A stretch of DNA of 64,000 bases, taken from Eledone cirrhosa. Taxonomy: Eukaryota. This document shows, piece by piece, positions 26,860-40,547 of this stretch. The stretch lies in assembly GCA_964016885.1 (NCBI GenBank), contig OZ024743.1:161634001-161698000 (forward strand), given 5' to 3'. The position numbers were made by a program, and so were the translations under genes. The stretch's first letter is position 1. Every line of letters begins with the position of its first letter. The notes below the pieces were generated by a model. It saw nothing but the letters and a program-made list of their open reading frames with translations, did not search any database and was not told the DNA's origin.

Positions 26860-27706
26860 GTGATTAAGAAGGGCACCCAACCAAAACATGGTCCAAATAT
26901 GAGCATGGTACGGCATGACCAACTGGCCAGACTTGCCCCATAACAGGACCACCCAGTTCCACACTGTAAATGTTAGGAAATGCATCCAGCAGTCATAAAA
27001 ACTCAGCCAAAGTATGACCCCACTATGAGCAAAGTATGGCATAGCCAACTGGCCAGACGTCCCTCATAATAGGACCACTCAGCTCCCAAAATACGATTCC
27101 GCTGTGAGCAGGGTATGATGTGGCCAACTGGTCAGACTTGTCTCATAACGGTGCCACCCTATTCCACACTGTAAACATGGTTGGTTGGTTGGTGTTAAGA
27201 AGGGCATCCAGCAACTGTAAAAACACAGCCCTGTTATGATCAAGATACAGCGCAGCCAACTGGCCAGACTTGCCTCTTAAAGAGGGACCAACCCAGCCCC
27301 ACACTGTAAATATATTTGGTGTTAGGAAGGACATCCAGTAACCATAAAAATTCAAGCCAAAACACGGCCCTGCTATGAGCAAGGTACAGCAAGGCCAACT
27401 GGCCAGACGTCTCTTATAACAGAACCACTCTGATCCCAAAATATGGTTCCACTATGAGCATGGTACAGCGCAACCAATTGGTTAAACTTGTCTCATAATG
27501 AGACCACCCATTTCCACACTGTAAATGTGGTGGGTGTTAGGAAGGGCATCCAGCTGTAAAAAATTCCAGCCAAGATACAGTTCTGTCTGAGCACGATATG
27601 ACGTGGTCAATTGGCCCAACTTGTATCACAATGTGGATGACCTGCCTAACCCATGCAAGCATGGAAAAATAGACGTTAAACAGTGATGATGTTGATGATG
27701 ATGATG
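26860..27706 (+). repeat. Tandem amplification of RTE 3'-UTR subunits ending in the (atg)n tail
   Basis: About 7 copies of ccaactggccagac; about 4 copies of ccacactgtaaa...ttaggaagggcatccag; ends aacccatgcaagcatggaaaaatagacgttaaa...(gat)n. Confidence 0.75.
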
Positions 27707-28846
27707 CATGAAAACAAACGGCAAAGATTGGTGCTTAATCAATTCATTGTTTTACAATCATTTCAGAAGGTTGATTGATCATGATAAATCGATATAGTGA
27801 CTAACTAATAGTAGTTATGTATCCTCATATTATCAGTCTTGTTGAAATCATTACTTCAGGAACTTCAGGACTACATGGAGTTCTAACATTATTGGCCTTA
27901 CTATAAACAGGTAGGTACCAGTTTCCTGTTGCATGCACCCTATAACATTCCACTTCCTCCCCGCCATATTTTTCGACCCTACAACAATGAATCTATCACT
28001 TGGATATCGACGCAATTTTAAATCCACATACATACAGACCGACATCCATTTAGAAACTTAGACATACACAGACACTTGCACCATTTTCACACACACGCAA
28101 CTATACATTTCACACGAACCCACATCACCTACAGACACACCATGCATCATCTTCTCTTAACCACACAAACACACGTGCACATCTTCACATACACCCACAC
28201 TGCATCTCCGGATTTGACACAATCTCACCTTAACCCATCTGACCCTTTCCATCCACACGCACGCACACACACACACACTCATGCAGGGACTATACACACA
28301 CAGACATACATTCCACTCCAGCATACACAATGGTTTCTGAAAACCCACAATCACATACACTCGCTTTCTCACACTTACATCCACGCATACACACACACAC
28401 ACACCTCACCTTCCGCCAAACTCCAATTTTCCATCCCCTTCACTCTCTGACCCTCCACCCACCCCTTATGCACCACCACACCCAAACCTTCCCGGATCCA
28501 TACACTCCTCTCACTTTTTAATATCCTGTTTGTTTTTATTTATTCTGTGTTTTCTTTATATATTCCATTTAATTCTGTTTCTATTTATTTTCACTTCATG
28601 TTTTATATTCATTTTTATTTCTATTTTTCCCGTCCTTTCGTTTTATTCCCGCTAACTCCCCCCTCCCTCCCTCTCGGAGTTCCTCCCGCCCACTCTCCTG
28701 ATGAAGGACATATCCGAAACGTTGCAAACAACACATAACCGAAACGTTGTAAACTTTCACCAAGCTTGAAGCTAATAACACCATGTACCATTTACTGCTG
28801 CATTTGTTTGTTTGTTATTTTGAACTCTATATATATATGCATATAT

Positions 28847-28885
<39 letters not shown>

Positions 28886-28887
<2 letters not shown>

Positions 28888-31800
28888 AGCTGGCCCGTCC
28901 GGCTGGCGCCCGGCTACCATTGGCGTGTTCTACGGCATCCAGATATATATGTTTAGCTGACATACCTAGCTTTGCTTGGATAAACAGACGATAAGCTGTC
29001 TGTGTTGTATAGTATTACTGTTGAAAATATATAGTATAGTATTACTGTTGAACATATATAGTATAGTATGACTGTTGAAAATATATAGTATAGTATTACT
29101 GTTGAACATATATAGTATAGTATGACTGTTGAAAATATATAGTATAGTATTACTGTTGAAAATATATAGTACAGTATAGTATTACTGTTGAAAATATATA
29201 GTATAGTATTACTGTTGAAAATATATAGCATAGTATTACTGTTGAAAATATATAGTATAGTATTACTGTTGAAAATATATAGTATAGTATTACTGTTGAA
29301 AATATATAGCATAGTATTACTGTTGAACATATATAGTATAGTATGACTGTTGAAAATATATAGTATAGTATTACTGTTGAAAATATATAGCATAGTATTA
29401 CTGTTGAAAATATATAGCATAGTATTACTGTTGAAAATATATAGCATAGTATTACTGTTGAAAATATATAGTACAGTATTACTGTTGAAAATATATAGTA
29501 CAGTATTACTGTTGAAAATATATAGTACAGTATTACTGTTGAAAATATATAGTATAGTATTACTGTTGAAAATATATAGTACAGTATTACTGTTGAAAAT
29601 ATATAGCATAGTATTACTGTTGAACATATATAGTATAGTATGACTGTTGAAAATATATAGTATAGTATTACTGTTGAAAATATATAGTACAGTATAGTAT
29701 TACTGTTGAAAATATATAGTATAGTATTACTATTGAAAATATATAGCATAGTATTACTGTTGAAAATATATAGTATAGTATTACTGTTGAAAATATATAG
29801 TATAGTATTACTGTTGAAAATATATAGCATAGTATTACTGTTGAACATATATAGTATAGTATTACTGTTGAACATATATAGTATAGTATGACTGTTGAAA
29901 ATATATAGTATAGTATTACTGTTGAAAATATATAGCATAGTATTACTGTTGAAAATATATAGCATAGTATTACTGTTGAAAATATATAGCATAGTATTAC
30001 TGTTGAAAATATATAGTACAGTATTACTGTTGAAAATATATAGTACAGTATTACTGTTGAAAATATATAGTACAGTATTACTGTTGAAAATATATAGTAT
30101 AGTATTACTGTTGAAAATATATAGTACAGTATTACTGTTGAAAATATATAGTATAGTATTTCTGTTGTAAATATATAGTATAGTACAGTATTACTGTTGA
30201 AAATATATAGTATAGTATTACTGTTAAAAATATATAGTATAGTATTACTGTTGAAAATATATAGTATAGTACAGTATTACTGTTGAAAATATATAGTATA
30301 GTATTACTGTTGAAAATATATAGTGTAGTATTACTGTTGAAAATATATAGTATAGTATTACTGTCGAAAATATATAGTATAGTATTACTGTTGAAAATAT
30401 ATAGTGTAGTATTACTGTTGAAAATATATAGTACAGTATTACTGTTGAAAATATATAGTACAGTATTACTGTTGAAAATATATAGTATAGTATTACTGTT
30501 GAAAATATATAGTACAGTATTACTGTTGAAAATATATAGTATAGTATTTCTGTTGTAAATATATAGTATAGTACAGTATTACTGTTGAAAATATATAGTA
30601 TAGTATTACTGTTAAAAATATATAGTATAGTATTACTGTTGAAAATATATAGTATAGTACAGTATTACTGTTGAAAATATATAGTATAGTATTACTGTTG
30701 AAAATATATAGTGTAGTATTACTGTTGAAAATATATAGTATAGTATTACTGTCGAAAATATATAGTATAGTATTACTGTTGAAAATATATAGTGTAGTAT
30801 TACTGTTGAAAATATATAGTACAGTATTACTGTTGAAAATATATAGTACAGTATTACTGTTGAAAATATATAGTACAGTATTACTGTTGAAAATATATAG
30901 TATAGTATTACTGTTGAAAATATATAGTACAATATTACTGTTGAAAATATATAGTATAGTATTTCTGTTGTAAATATATAGTATAGTACAGTATTACTGT
31001 TGAAAATATATAGTATAGTATTACTGTTAAAAATATATAGTATAGTATTACTGTTGAAAATATATAGTATAGTACAGTATTACTGTTGAAAATATATAGT
31101 ATAGTATTACTGTTGAAAATATATAGTGTAGTATTACTGTTGAAAATATATAGTATAGTATTACTGTTGAAAATATATAGTATAGTATTACTGTTGAAAA
31201 TATATAGTGTAGTATTACTGTTGAAAATATATAGTACAGTATTACTGTTGAAAATATATAGTACAGTATTACTGTTGAAAATATATAGTACAGTATTACT
31301 GTTGAAAATATATAGTATAGTATTACTGTTGAAAATATATAGTACAGTATTACTGTTGAAAATATACAGTATAGTATTTCTGTTGTAAATATATAGTATA
31401 GTACAGTATTACTATTGAAAATATATAGTATAGTATTACTGTTAAAAATATATAGTATAGTATTACTGTTGAAAATATATAGTATACTACAGTATTACTG
31501 TTGAAAATATATAGTATAGTATTACTGTTGAAAACATATAGTACAGTATTACTGTTGAAAATATATAGTACAGTATTACTGTTGAAAATATATAGTATAG
31601 TATTTATGTTGAAAAATATATAGTATAATATTACTGTTGAAAACATATAGTATAGTACAGTGTTACTGTTGAAAACATATAGTATAGTATTACTGTTGAA
31701 AATATATAGTACAGTATTACTGTTGAAAATATATAGTATAGTACATTGTTACTGTTGAAAATATATAGTATAGTATTACTGTTGAAAATATATAGTATAG

Positions 31801-32373
31801 TATTACTGTTGAAAATATATAGTATAATATTACTGTTGAAAATATATAGTACAGTATTACTGTTGAAAATATATAGTACAGTATTACTGTTGAAAATATA
31901 TAGTATAGTATTTATGTTGAAAACATAGTATAGTATAGTATTACTGTTGAAAATATATAGTATAGTACAGTATTACTGTTGAAAATATATAGTATAGTAC
32001 AGTATTACTGTTGAAAATATATAGTACAGTACAGTATTACTTTTGAAAATATATAGTACAATACAGTATTACTGTTGAAAATATATAGTATTGCTGTTGA
32101 AAATATATAGTACAGTATTACTGTGGAAAATATATACATGAATATAGAATTATATATATACATATATATATAATAAATTAAAAGTTGGCAAAGTCAATGC
32201 AGACAGGCAGACATACAAACATATTATAAGCACGCAACGTTATAGCTATGTATCTATCTAAAAAGACAGAGTAAGAAAGAGAGAAGAATGTCTTATTATA
32301 TATATTATATATAATAAAGTACCAGTAATGTACTCCTCACTTTACATACGGCCGTCAGCTTTATTAATATAGA
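28886..32373 (-). mobile_element. Probable non-autonomous Helitron carrying a satellite array
   Basis: Minus-strand 5' end A|TCTATATTAATAAAG at 32373 (alternative start 32379). 3' GC-rich hairpin gccgggcgccagccggacgggccag followed by CTAG|T at 28889-28886. No TSD. Confidence 0.6.
29010..32135. repeat. 27-bp satellite array (~3.1 kb) with higher-order repeats
   Basis: Unit tagtattactgttgaaaatatatagta with +5-nt variants. Marker tctgttgtaa at 30161, 30549, 30964 and 31379 (spacing 388, 415, 415). Confidence 0.97.
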
Positions 32374-32559
32374 TAAAGATTGAGAATATGCACAGATATT
32401 TAATCCATGATACATTTTAAAAAAAGACGATATTATATATAAACTGCAAAATATATGATTGTTTATTTAAGTGATCGCTAACCGGAAGTGTTGACATTTG
32501 AAAATTTTAAAGAAATGAATCTTTAGATAAACAAAATATCTTTAATCAATAATAACGAA

Positions 32560-33037
32560 ATTTAGTAGACAAAAATACCCTTACTTCCTGTGTACGAAAG
32601 GCCAGTTATATGATGCCTGTGTGAGGTGTGCGATGCTGCATGGTAGTGAGACATGGGCAGCAACTGCAAAGGATATGCAACGGCTGGAGAGAAATGAAGC
32701 AAGCATGTGTCGTTGGATGTGCAGAGGGAGAGACTATGTTTAAGAGGGATAGGTTGTGGTGTGCTGGAGAGAAGGCTGAGATGGTATGGATATGTGATGC
32801 GCATGGAGGTTGACCACTGGGTAAAGAAGTGCAAATAAATGCCAGTTGAAGGAAGACGTAATAGAGGAAGACCACAAAAAACATAGGCAGAGGTGGCGAG
32901 AGCAGGCCACAGATAACTGAAGCTCACGGTGGCGATAACGATGGACCATGACAAGTGGAGAAATGCTGTGCTGAATAAGACCTGTCCCACCCTTGCAAGC
33001 AGAGAAAAGCGGACTTAAAATGATGATGATGATGATG
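32560..33037 (+). mobile_element. RTE LINE 3' fragment with (atg)n tail
   Basis: LYDACVR..MLHGSETWAATAKDMQRLERNEASM; tail gcaagcagagaaaagcggacttaaaa(tga)n. Confidence 0.85.
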
Positions 33038-33068
<31 letters not shown>

Positions 33069-33090
33069 TATATACACACATACATATATA

Positions 33091-35737
33091 TGAGTCCCCT
33101 GGTCTCACCGGACGCCTCATCGTGGCGAAGGAGTGCCAACCACTAATTTCAGTGGGCAAAGAACCGGCAAATACAGGCGGCAGGCGTTGGGTTAGCAACC
33201 TGGCACTGCTGCAAAAAATTCTAACTGCTAAAGAAACAGCAAGAAAAGCAAAAAAAAAAACAAAAAAATTGGCGTAAAGATGAAGGCATGGGAGACACTC
33301 CACTCTTGACGGACCTCAACCAAAGCCGAAAGGACGTTGGGGTTCCGATGAGTCAGATTCTGAGCACCAAAACAAAGATGCGAATTGGAACTTGGAACAT
33401 GCGTACACTATACCAGGCAGGAAAGCTGGCTCAGCTACTCCGCGAGTTCGACCACTACCAGCTGGACATTCTGGTCGTGAGTGAAATACGCTGGACCGGC
33501 AGCAGAAAAATGAGTGGCAGCGGAGACACAACTCTGCTCTACTCTGGACACCAAGACAAGCACGTTCATGGCGTTGGACTTGTGCTTAGCGCCCGAGCAA
33601 CTCGAGCATTGGGAGCCAGTCAGCGAGTGCATTATAACCTCCTGTTTCAAAGTGGGCATGTGAAAATCACTGTTGTTCAGGGCTATGCACCGATTGATGA
33701 CACAACCGACATCGACAAGGACGCCTTCGATAAACAGCTGCAGGACACATTTAATAACTTGCCCAGCCATGACATCAAACTACTGATCGGTGATTTCAAC
33801 GCTCAGATTGGCTGCAACAAACAGGGACTGGAACAGGTCACTGGGCCATTCAGTTCTGCTGCGGTCACCACGGACAACGGCGAGAGACTGCCGCTGTTTT
33901 GTGCCATCAACAGCTTGTGCATTAGCAACACCTATTTCAAACACAAGGCGATTCTCAAGGCTACTTGGCAGTCTCCGGACCAGAAAAGCCGAAACGAGAT
34001 CGACTACATCTGCATCATCTAGCGCTGGCGGTCCTCGGTAAGTGACATCAGCGTGTACCGAAGTGGGTTCGTGGGATCAGACCACCACCTTCTGTGTGCG
34101 GAACTTCAGCTGCGCCTGAAGAAACGGACACGACAGGAAAGACCAAAGCCATATGCAGTAGAGAAGCTGAAGTATCCCGGTGAAGCACGACTGTAGCAAC
34201 TGGCGCTACACAACCGATTCCAGCAGTTGAGTGAGGCTGCAGATCTGGAAGATCAATGGATTATGTTCACGACAGCGGTGACTGAGGAAGCACAAGAAAC
34301 TATTGGTCGAAGATGAAGAACAAGGAGGGAAAAATGGATCCAAGAACCAACTTGGGACCTGATTAATAGACGAAAAAAGGCAAAAGTCGAGCGAGATTCT
34401 GCCAGATCAGAGGAAGACCAGAAGAAAAGAGATGCCGTATACTGCCAAATCAACCAACTGGTAAAGCGAAGCTGCCGGCGGGACAAATGTGACTGGCTGG
34501 AGAAAAAGGGTGCTGAGGCAGAGGAAGCTGCTGGTCGAAACGACACAAAAGCACTGTTCCGCATTGTGAGGGAGTTGACAGGAATGTCGAGCGGTGTCAG
34601 CATGCCAGTGAAGGACAAAAATGGCAAGACGTTGACCACTGGAGCAGAACAGGAGCAGAGATGGATGGAGCACTTCCTTGAGACGCTGAACCAACCAAAT
34701 GCGGTCGCCCTCATTGACTTCACCGCAGAGACTCCAGCAACCACTGAGGTACTCAAAGTCTGTGAGGACCATATCACCAAGCAAGAGATGAGAGATGTGA
34801 TTAGCACAAAGCAGGCGGACTGGATGAGATCTCTGCCGAGCTGCTCAAATTTGGTGAGGAGAGTACGATAACGGCATTGACAGACTTGATGAACCACTGC
34901 TGGAGGGTTGGTTGGGTTCCCCTTGAGTGGCAGCACGGTGTCATCGTCAAACAGCTGAAGAAGGGAAGCCTGTCAGACTGCAACAACTGGCGTGGTATCA
35001 CATTGCTGTCAGTCCCAGGCAAGGTGTTCTGTACTGTACTGATGCGTCGACTCCAGCAGGCTGTCGACTCTGTGCTCCGGGAGGAACAAAATCCATCTTG
35101 CACGGAACAGATTTTACACTATGCAACCTTCTCGAACAATGCGTTGAGCTACAACAACCTTTGGCGGTCAATTTTATTGATTTCCAGAAGGCATTCGACA
35201 GTGTACACCGGGAGTCGCTGTGGAATGTTACGCAACTGTACGGCATTCCTGCAAGATTCATCGCCATTTTCAAGGCCCTGTATGAAAACTCCAGCTGCTG
35301 CATGCGGACTGAGTCCGGTGTGACGGAGTTCTTTGACATTTTCTCCGTAGTCAGACAGGATTGCATTCTCTCTCCACTGTTGTTCCTGCTGGCAGCCGAT
35401 TTCGTACTAAGGCGAATGGATGAAGGGCCCGGTCGAGGGATCCCATGGAGAGAGCAGTCGAGGCTGAGGGACCTGGCATTCGCCGAAGACATCACTTTGA
35501 TCGCTGAAAACAGTGCAGATCTGCAGGCCCTACCAACATCCCTATGAGAGAGAGTGGAAAAGATCGGCCTGAGAATCAACACCAAAAAGACCAAGGTCAT
35601 GAGAACGGCCAGCAACACAGATCCAGTGATCAGAGTCAACCAACAAGACCTCGAGGAAGTCGATCACTTCACTTATCTGGGCAGCATCCTGACAAGCAGC
35701 GGCGACGCGGGGCTCGACATCAACTGTCGGACTAAGA
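33091..35737 (+). mobile_element. Near-full-length decayed RTE LINE (5' UTR, APE endonuclease, RT), 5' part
   Basis: IGTWNMRTL, VSEIRWTGS, YAP, IGDFNA, NEIDYI, GSDHH, NWRGITLLSVPGKV, FIDFQKAFDSV, LSPLLF, LAFAEDI and FTYLGS motifs; in-frame stops. Confidence 0.92.
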
Positions 35738-35897
35738 CATATATATATATATATATATGTATGTATATATATATATATATATGCATATATACACATGCAT
35801 ATATATACACATACATATATATTATATGCATGCATATATATACACACACACATACATATATATATATATATGCATATATACACACATACATATATAT
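35738..35897. repeat. TA/CA compound minisatellite (also 36543-36861, 38186-38793, 41215-41314)
   Basis: Unit approximately atatatgcatatatacacacatacat. Confidence 0.9.
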
Positions 35898-36542
35898 CAT
35901 CATCATCATCATCATCAACGTTTAACGTCCGTGTTCCACGCTTGCATGGGTTTGGACGGGGGTAGTCCCACTTGAGGCAAGAGTGATTGTCTTGCTCGCA
36001 TAGGACTGTCTGGCAGGTTTTCTACAGTTGGATGCCCTTCCTAACACCAACCACATTTACAGTGTGGGTCTGGGAGGTTTTTACCGTGTTGCCTACACGG
36101 CCACATTACAGCGTGGACTGTGTGTTTTTTTGTCGTGACACCTACACGATCTCATTTGTTTCGGCCTGGATGGCGCGGCACCAACATAACTTTACATAGA
36201 ACGGGGTGGTGTGGATGTGGTGGGGGTGGTGGCGGGACGGGGTGTATTTTGTTAGAGATGCCTACTGGCAAGGCGGGTCTTCTCTGTTACTGAGTACCGT
36301 CAAAGGTCTCGGTCCAGTGACATTGTCTTGGAGAGGTGTAAGTGTGTGAGGTCGGAGTTTATCAGCTCATCCCATGTTTTTCTAGGTCTGCCTATTCTGT
36401 GGCTACCGTCTATCTTTATTGCCCTGCACTTTGTTATACAGCTATCGACTTTCATGCGCATCACGTGTCCATACCAACGCAGCCTTCTCTCGAGTAAACA
36501 ACATCTGATCCCTCTTATCTCTAATTTTTTCCTTAGTTCGTT
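35898..36542 (-). mobile_element. RTE LINE 3' end (inverted twin of 37508-38188)
   Basis: ELRKKLEIRGIRCC...RLRWYGHV...GRPRKTW plus 3' UTR and tail; near-identical reverse complement of the downstream copy. Confidence 0.9.
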
Positions 36543-36936
36543 ATATATACATATATACACATATATACACACATACATATATACACATACACATATATAT
36601 ACACATACACATATATATACACACATAGATACATACATATATACACACATAGACACATACATACATATATACACACATACATACATATATACACGCACAC
36701 ACACATATACATATGCATATATACACACATACATATATATATATATATGCATAATATACACACATACATATATACATATATATGCATAATATACACACAT
36801 ACATATATACATATATATGCATAATATACACACATACATATATACATATATATATATATATCCGGGAGCTTCCAACAGTAATGGTTGCATTCTTTAAGGG
36901 TATGTCAATATTTATTTATAAAACTGCTCTATGTTA

Positions 36937-37001
36937 TATTTTATCTGATGAAAGCACACCATAATTTAACTTGGTGTCCTTGAAATATGTATAATGAAAT
37001 A
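36937..37001 (+). ncRNA. Hammerhead ribozyme (three-copy pLTR-like family, copy 1)
   Basis: tattttat CTGATGA aagcacacca..tggtgtcctt GAAA t atgt ATA atgaaata; 8-bp stem I with one G-U pair. Confidence 0.75.
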
Positions 37002-37041
37002 AATATGGTTTTATAAATATAGTTTCCATTTGTTAATATCG

Positions 37042-37074
<33 letters not shown>

Positions 37075-37077
<3 letters not shown>

Positions 37078-38188
37078 TAGTGGGATCACAGGTAAGCTAA
37101 CTAAGAACATAGATTTTACATGTGGCCGGTGCTCTGGTGCAATAAGTAGCAGCAAGTGCCCACAAAATACTAGCTCTTTCAATTGCGCAGAGGGTTCTAT
37201 AGAAATAGTGGACAGCTTCCGTTACCTGGGCGATAAAATCAGCAGTGGGGGAGGGTGCTCTGAAAGTACTGTAGCTAGAGTCAGAACTGGTTGGAAAAAG
37301 TTCAGAGAGCTTATACCACTATTAGCTGCTAAAGGGTTCTCACTAAAAATGAAAGGCAGGTTGTACGATGCCTGCATACGAACAGCAATGCTGCATGGCA
37401 GTGAGACCTGGGCATTGTGTGCAGAGGATATACGCAGACTAGAGAGGAATGAAGCTTGCATGCTCCGCTGGATGTGTAACAGTAATATACGTGAACGGCA
37501 AAGCATAAACGAACTAAGGAAAAAATTAGAGATAAGAGGGATCAGATGTTGTTTACTCGAGAGAAGGCTACGTTGGTATGGACACGTGATGCGCATGAAA
37601 GTCGATAGCTGTATAACAAAGTGCAGGGCAATAAAGATAGACGGTAGTCACGGAATAGGCAGACCTAGAAAAACCTGGGACGAGCTGATAAACTCCGACA
37701 TCACACACTTACACCTCTCCAAGACAATGTCACTGGACCGAGACCTTTGGCGGTACTCAGTAACAGAGAAGACCCGCCTTACCTAAATATATAGTAAAAC
37801 CTACTCCAGCCAGTAGGCATCTCTAACAAAAGACCCCCCCCCCACCCCCCCACCCCCCACACCCCATCCACACCACCCCGTTCTATGTAAAGTTATGTTG
37901 GTGCCGCGCCATCGAGGCCGAAACAAATGAGATCGTGTAGGTGTCACGACAAAAAAACACACAGTCCACGCTGTAATGTGGCCGTGTAGGCAACACGGTA
38001 AAAACCTCCCAGACCCACACTGTAAATGTGGTTGGTGTTAGGAAGGGCATCCAACTGTAGAAAACCTGCCAGACAGTCCTATGCGAGCAAGACAATCACT
38101 CTTGCCTCAAGTGGGACTACCCCCGTCCAAACCCATGCAAGCGTGGAACACGGACGTTAAACGTTGATGATGATGATGATGATGATAT
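37075..38188 (+). mobile_element. 5'-truncated RTE LINE with open C-terminal ORF, 3' UTR and (atg)n tail
   Basis: ORF 37208-37786: DSFRYLGD..ARVRTGWKKFREL..LYDACIR..LHGSETW..RLRWYGHV..GRPRKTW. Confidence 0.92.
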
Positions 38189-38895
38189 ATGCATAATATA
38201 ACACATACATATATATTTATATGCATATATACACACATACATACATACATATATATATATATGCATATATACACACATACATATATATCATCATCATCAT
38301 AAATATATATATGCATATATACACATACATACGTATATATATATATATATATGCATATATACACACATACATACGTATATATATATATATATGCATATAT
38401 ACACACATACATATATATCATCATCATATATATATGCATATATACACATACATACGTATATATATATATATATGCATATATACACACATACATACATATA
38501 TATATATGCATATATACACACATACATATATATATATATGCATATATACACACATACATACATATATATATATGCATATATACACACATACATACATATA
38601 TATATATGCATATATACACACATACATACATATATATATATGCATATATACACACATACATACATATATATATATATGCATATATACACACATACATACA
38701 TATATATATGCATATATACACACACATACATACATACATACATATATATATATGCATATATACACACATACATACATATATATATATATATATGTAAAAG
38801 TTATATTTAATTTGTTGGGATACAACAAGCAAATATTTTTATAACTGATATAAAGCACTCAACAAATTTTTGGAGTAAAAATACAATATATTAAT

Positions 38896-39081
38896 TGTTT
38901 CTACTTTTGGCACAAGGCCAGCAATTATCCAGTGCATTACTGGTACTTTATTTTATCGACCCCGTAAGGATGAAAGGCAAAGTTAACCTCGGCGGGATTT
39001 GAACTCAAACCATAAAGGGGCGTAACTCTTTGCTGCAAAGCATAGCGTCAGACCCTCTACCGATACTGCCAATCCACCGCC
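38896..39081 (-). mobile_element. SINE family A with 16-bp TSD
   Basis: TSD aatacaatatattaat at 38880-38895 and 39085-39100. Confidence 0.9.
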
Positions 39082-39130
39082 TTTAATACAATATATTAAT
39101 AAATGGAAACTATATTTATAAAACCATATT

Positions 39131-39195
39131 TATTTCATTATACATATTTCAAGGACACCAAAGGAAATTATGGTGCGCTTTCATCAGATAAAATA
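39131..39195 (-). ncRNA. Hammerhead ribozyme (copy 2, sense to PRKX pre-mRNA)
   Basis: Reverse complement of the 41107-41170 motif; core intact. Confidence 0.75.
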
Positions 39196-39708
39196 TAATA
39201 TAGATCAGTTTTATAAACAAATATTGACATACCCTTAAAAGAATGCGACCATGTCTGTTGGAAGCTCCCGGATAGTGGGGTTACTAATTTTATTATTGGT
39301 CTATTATTGTCGGAGAGGTTTAAAAGCCATACATTTAAATTAAGCCGTTGGAATAGGGAAAAAAGAAAAGGAGAAAGAAAGAGCAAACCCAAAGAAGGAA
39401 AACAAAAGAAAAGAAAAGGAAAAGGAATAGGAAAAAACAAAAGAAGAAAGAGAAAGAGAAAGAGAGAAAACCCTAAGTGAGAGAGTGATTTATTAACGTA
39501 GTTTTATGAAATGATGAAACAAAAAGATAAATACATATTGGATGATTTAGCGCGTATAGATATATAAATAAATAAATAGATAGTAGTAACCGGAGAAATT
39601 TATCTATTGTTTAAATTTGATTAAATTATTGAGATCTATAAATTAAAAAATAAAAATTAAAAATTGAGATCTATATTTTATTAAAAGAATACATACACAC
39701 ACACACAC

Positions 39709-39754
<46 letters not shown>

Positions 39755-40490
39755 ATCAAAAAATATTATTAAAATATATGTTATTACATAACCTTACATA
39801 CATTTATTATTAATCATCAACCAACAATTTATTATTAATTTTTCAATTAACAATAGAACTTATAAGAAATGTCAAAATATATGTTTAAAATGTAGGAATG
39901 TTCAGAGATTTTACTGAAGAAAAACTCTTCTTAGTAATAGCAATACAGTGTGAGGGGAAATTAATTGATTTATTTGTAATTTAGATAGTTCTAATGATTA
40001 AATGTTATAAAAGTTAAGATGATAAAAAAAGTTAAGATTATAAGAGAACCTTATATTATTTTATAGTAAGTTATAAAATTTATATATTTTTTATATAGAT
40101 CCACCTGTTATATAGTTGGGACTGTTAAAATATGAGTTTGTTTAGTATAACGTCTTAATATTTAAAGTTTTTCTTAAGAATATATCTAAAGCGTAAACCG
40201 TAAAAAACCTTTTTACATGAGTTCATTCATAGAATGCATTCAAAATTATACATTTCGATATATATAGACCCACATATACATAGACATACATAGATACGCA
40301 GATATACACACACATATATATATACATATACATACATATACACACATACATATATACATATATATATATAAATGAAGTAATTCCGTCGGAAAAGTCCAGG
40401 AAAAAAGAGTGCTCTATGTAGGTAACAGAGCTTAATAGTTATGTAATAAACAACATAAAATCCAAAGTCAATAAATACGCCAGGATTTTT

Positions 40491-40547
40491 TCATTCTGGT
40501 GATTGAAAGCAAAATGTTTTTGCTTTTAAGAAACCACTGGTAAATGA
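40491..40547 (+). ncRNA. Hammerhead ribozyme variant (A6G core)
   Basis: tcatt CTGGTGA ttgaaagcaaaa-tgt-ttttgcttttaa GAAAC cactg GTA aatga; stem I 5 bp, stem II 12 bp. Confidence 0.65.

Noticed and set aside
28691-28752. CTGATGA aggacatatcc GAAACGTT hammerhead-like core
   Set aside because: Core and stem II are present but no stem I partner follows; probably a rearranged PLE end, so not counted.
28953-31928. Long ORFs (up to 280 aa) with NSNTILYIF / KIYSIVLLL repeats, and CRISPR-like periodicity
   Set aside because: Translations of a 27-bp satellite; there are no unique spacers and no cas genes.
33091-33170. HDV-like ribozyme at the RTE 5' end (GCC-TCATCGT-GGC P3/L3-like element, ccact/agtgg hairpin)
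   Set aside because: I could not assign P1 and P2 convincingly; needs an RNAMotif/Infernal search on the family consensus.
35542-38858. Many Y/I/H/C/M/V-rich ORFs
   Set aside because: Artefacts of TA/CA microsatellites.
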